Under the pieces are notes generated by a model. It did not search any database. It was not told the DNA's origin and worked only from the letters and a program-made list of their open reading frames with translations. Below, one piece after another: positions 61,449 to 64,000 of a stretch of 64,000 nucleotides of DNA; positions within the stretch are counted from its first letter, which is position 1; the number at the start of each line of letters is the position of its first letter. A program made the position numbers and the translations under genes. Origin of the DNA: Trichosphaerium sp. ATCC 40318 (lineage: Eukaryota > Protista > Tubulinea); the NCBI GenBank assembly GCA_038496445.1, contig JALMLS010000179.1:434001-498000 (forward strand), read 5' to 3'.

Positions 61449-62048
61449 GTTACATAAGTAGTACAGTAGTTTTTCAGTAAAATAGTTCATTGAGGTTTTG
61501 AGCGGTGTGTTTTGACAACTTCAAGCCCACAGGAGTAATCAGCTGAGCCGCCACTGTTTTGGTCATTCAAGGAGAATTGGATGTGATGTACTACTTTACC
61601 TCACATGAAGTGGGCTTGTGAAAAACCGAGCAGTCCAAGCCTTTGGATACTATGCTTTTGTTAGTAAGCGACTACACGAATGAAGTATACAGCTAGAAGT
61701 GCTTACTTAGCTGTTTAAACAACTCTTTGTTAGACTAGTGGAGTATATCTGGTATCATTTGACCCTTAGCTTTCTTTCAAGTCAGGACATTACTATTGTT
61801 GTCAGAAATTGTGATTCTGTGTCAAGATAGGTGCAAACAAAATAATCTGTCGCTTTGTTACCACATTCAATTGTAAATTACCACATCAAAAGAGCTGCGC
61901 TAGAGCCACTAGACATTGATATGTTGAGATACTGTTAAGAACAAGGGATCTTCTAGCAAGAGGGAGATAACACCGACAGCCTCAAAGCATGGTACAATAC
62001 CAAAAGGACTTGTAGTGTACTTTACTGTACTCCTCTTAACTATGTAAC
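61449..62048 (+). ncRNA. Candidate ~600-nt structured non-coding region
   Basis: Nested collinear complementary blocks and internal hairpins; no ORF of 60 aa or more. Could instead be a decayed element. Confidence 0.3.
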
Positions 62049-62606
62049 AATCCCTTAATATCAGTTGACACTGCTAAAACTAACTGCTGTTCATTTCCAT
62101 TATGTACTTTTACTTCAGTATAAGCCTAAGCGCAACTGTAGAAAGAAAACACCAGATTCAGAGTAGCTAGCCCGTTAGGAGAAAATTAACTATTTTTCAA
62201 GATGCTCACTGCCTTCGAATGTTGTGGGTTTGTGGGTTTGTGTTGCATGTAAGAGCAAAGTCAAGTTTCGAGAAGCATCGAACTCGTTTTAATATCTCTT
62301 CTAGTATCTCAACGGGACAATGTTCCATACAATAACAATTTTAACACAATTTTTAAACTGTGCCTAAGACGGCAAAGCCTGGATAAGTACCTAATTACTA
62401 AACGACACTGTTGAAGTGATATGAAAAACAAACTCAGCTGATAAGGAAACCATAACTAACGATGACAGCACAAAACTATACGCAACTCTGGGCGGTAACG
62501 AAACAAACTACTAAGATATTGTAATGTACAACTTTTTGTTTATTTTGTTTTCTTTCTTCCTCATGCGTTTATCTAAAAAATGAGGCTACGCTAGCTAGCA
62601 TACTTA

Positions 62607-64000
62607 TTAGTCAATCACAACCAACTTCTCGAACTCCTCAGTATCGATTGCTTTTTGAATCATAAGCCAAGGTGTTAGTTCAACACCATCCAAGAATAAG
62701 TTCAACATAGCAGGTGAAAAACCGGATACCATTGCTACGCCAGGCTCTTCCTTTGTTACAGGAATAGAGCTAGAATGACGCAAGTTCCAGTAAACGATTT
62801 GAGGCATATCGAATCCCATGGCTCTAAACTTAGACTTGATATCTTCGTGGCTTGTTCTGAAGGCACCAGTTTGAGCAGCGTCGAATTCCATGTCACTAAA
62901 GACAAAGATTGTTTCTGGCATGTCGTCAGCGTCGACTTTTCCGGTCTTGGCGAAATCAAGTAGTAGATCAAACACAGCAGCGAAGTTTGTGTTCATGCCC
63001 CAAGGCATATTTTTGATAGAGGTAACACGGTCTCTTAGGCTTTTTCCTTGTACTTTGAAGAAAGAAGGAGTACTGTGGAAAGTAATAACGTGATTTTTGA
63101 ATGGACCCTCTGTGACCTCGCTCAAGATAAGACCAAGAGCGATAGCTACTTGCATAGGTATACCGCTCATAGATCCAGATACGTCTACGACAGAAAGGCA
63201 CTTTGGTAAGTTCGAGGCAGCCTTGATTTTGTTGACTTTGTCGGTCCATTGGAGTTCTAGGGCTTGACCGTCTGCGACATTTCCGGCCAATAGTTTCTCG
63301 ATGATAACATGCGGCAAGATAGCTCCAGATGCGATTGTGGCTGTTCCAGCTTTGACTGCATCCAAGTACGCTTGATAACGCTCTTCGTCGTGTTTAGCGA
63401 AGATTTTTCTGTTATTCGCCATACACACAGAAGGGACACGTGTGTATACGATTTTCTTCCATTGATTCGCAGACATATGTACTTCAGGGACGCATGTGTA
63501 CTTTCTCATTGCCGTGAGCGCTTTACGGTATTTATAGAGGCACGCTGGTTCTACGTAAGGTGCACCTTCTTCTCTTTTCTTTGGCTCAGGACAGTCAGGG
63601 AACATGAGCATAGCGATTTTTTGGGCGAGTTTAAACTTCTTGTCGTGTTTCTTGCCTGGAGAAGGCGCCCATTTGGCGCAAAGTGAGATTTTCGCTTTTT
63701 GCTCCATTAGGTCGAAGTCCTCCTTGAGTTGTGTGGCGAATAGTTGTACTACAGCTTCGATTACGCGAGGAAAGTTTTTATCGTTTGAAATATCTTCGCC
63801 TTCTCCCTTTAGGGTTTTTCCAGAGCGTTCTGTAGGTTTAAGGAGTAGTTCGAGTAAATCCTTCCAGTAGCCAAACATAGGAACGCATTTGAGGTTGGCG
63901 ATGAAAGTGTCTGGGTGAGTAGCCAAGAGCCACGTTAGGCAGGTGTAAAAGCATTTTCGCTCGTTCTTTCCGTTTCTTACATCACGTAGCTGAAATATGA
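62607..64000 (-). CDS. DUF2828 / vWA-domain (TROVE-like) protein, 5' truncated
   Basis: GYWKDLL, SLCAKWAPS, YTRVPS, DVSGSM, FVFSDMEFD and IVYWNLR motifs; continues past the window end. Confidence 0.9.
   Translation of the reverse strand, partial: IFQLRDVRNGKNERKCFYTCLTWLLATHPDTFIANLKCVPMFGYWKDLLELLLKPTERSGKTLKGEGEDISNDKNFPRVIEAVVQLFATQLKEDFDLMEQKAKISLCAKWAPSPGKKHDKKFKLAQKIAMLMFPDCPEPKKREEGAPYVEPACLYKYRKALTAMRKYTCVPEVHMSANQWKKIVYTRVPSVCMANNRKIFAKHDEERYQAYLDAVKAGTATIASGAILPHVIIEKLLAGNVADGQALELQWTDKVNKIKAASNLPKCLSVVDVSGSMSGIPMQVAIALGLILSEVTEGPFKNHVITFHSTPSFFKVQGKSLRDRVTSIKNMPWGMNTNFAAVFDLLLDFAKTGKVDADDMPETIFVFSDMEFDAAQTGAFRTSHEDIKSKFRAMGFDMPQIVYWNLRHSSSIPVTKEEPGVAMVSGFSPAMLNLFLDGVELTPWLMIQKAIDTEEFEKLVVID

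Overview
AT-rich, gene-dense, intron-rich eukaryotic DNA from a protist, probably an amoeba (an inference from gene content). Introns are mostly 40-120 nt with a GTACGT-type donor, and the standard genetic code applies. About 30 genes can be reconstructed by hand, including CDC20, RPL31, mitochondrial Hsp70, CCT7, ALKBH1, CWF19L2, epsin, a SNAP-25-type SNARE, a heparanase-like GH79, RasGAP, F-box-RasGEF, several other F-box proteins, an aegerolysin-like toxin and a DUF2828/vWA protein. The most striking structure is a ~1.8-kb cassette present three times (763-2534, 15972-17783, and inverted at 38423-39800) with no transposase. It carries a divergent gene pair: a STE20-derived pseudokinase lacking its N-lobe, and an 89-aa microprotein with a PP1-docking-like RVxF+hydrophobic motif. 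Both proteins begin with basic presequence-like leaders. In copy 3 the pseudokinase is destroyed while the microprotein is intact, a pattern compatible with a toxin-antidote selfish element (hypothesis). Other notable items: a box C/D snoRNA in a CDC20 intron guiding the site equivalent to yeast 25S Cm2959; twin hairpins sharing a 33-nt apex inside a probable GC-AG intron; an inverted repeat next to a possibly structured ~600-nt region; a seven-copy peptide motif protein; and an Hsp110-TPR fusion. Multi-exon coordinates are hand-spliced and approximate. No searches were run.
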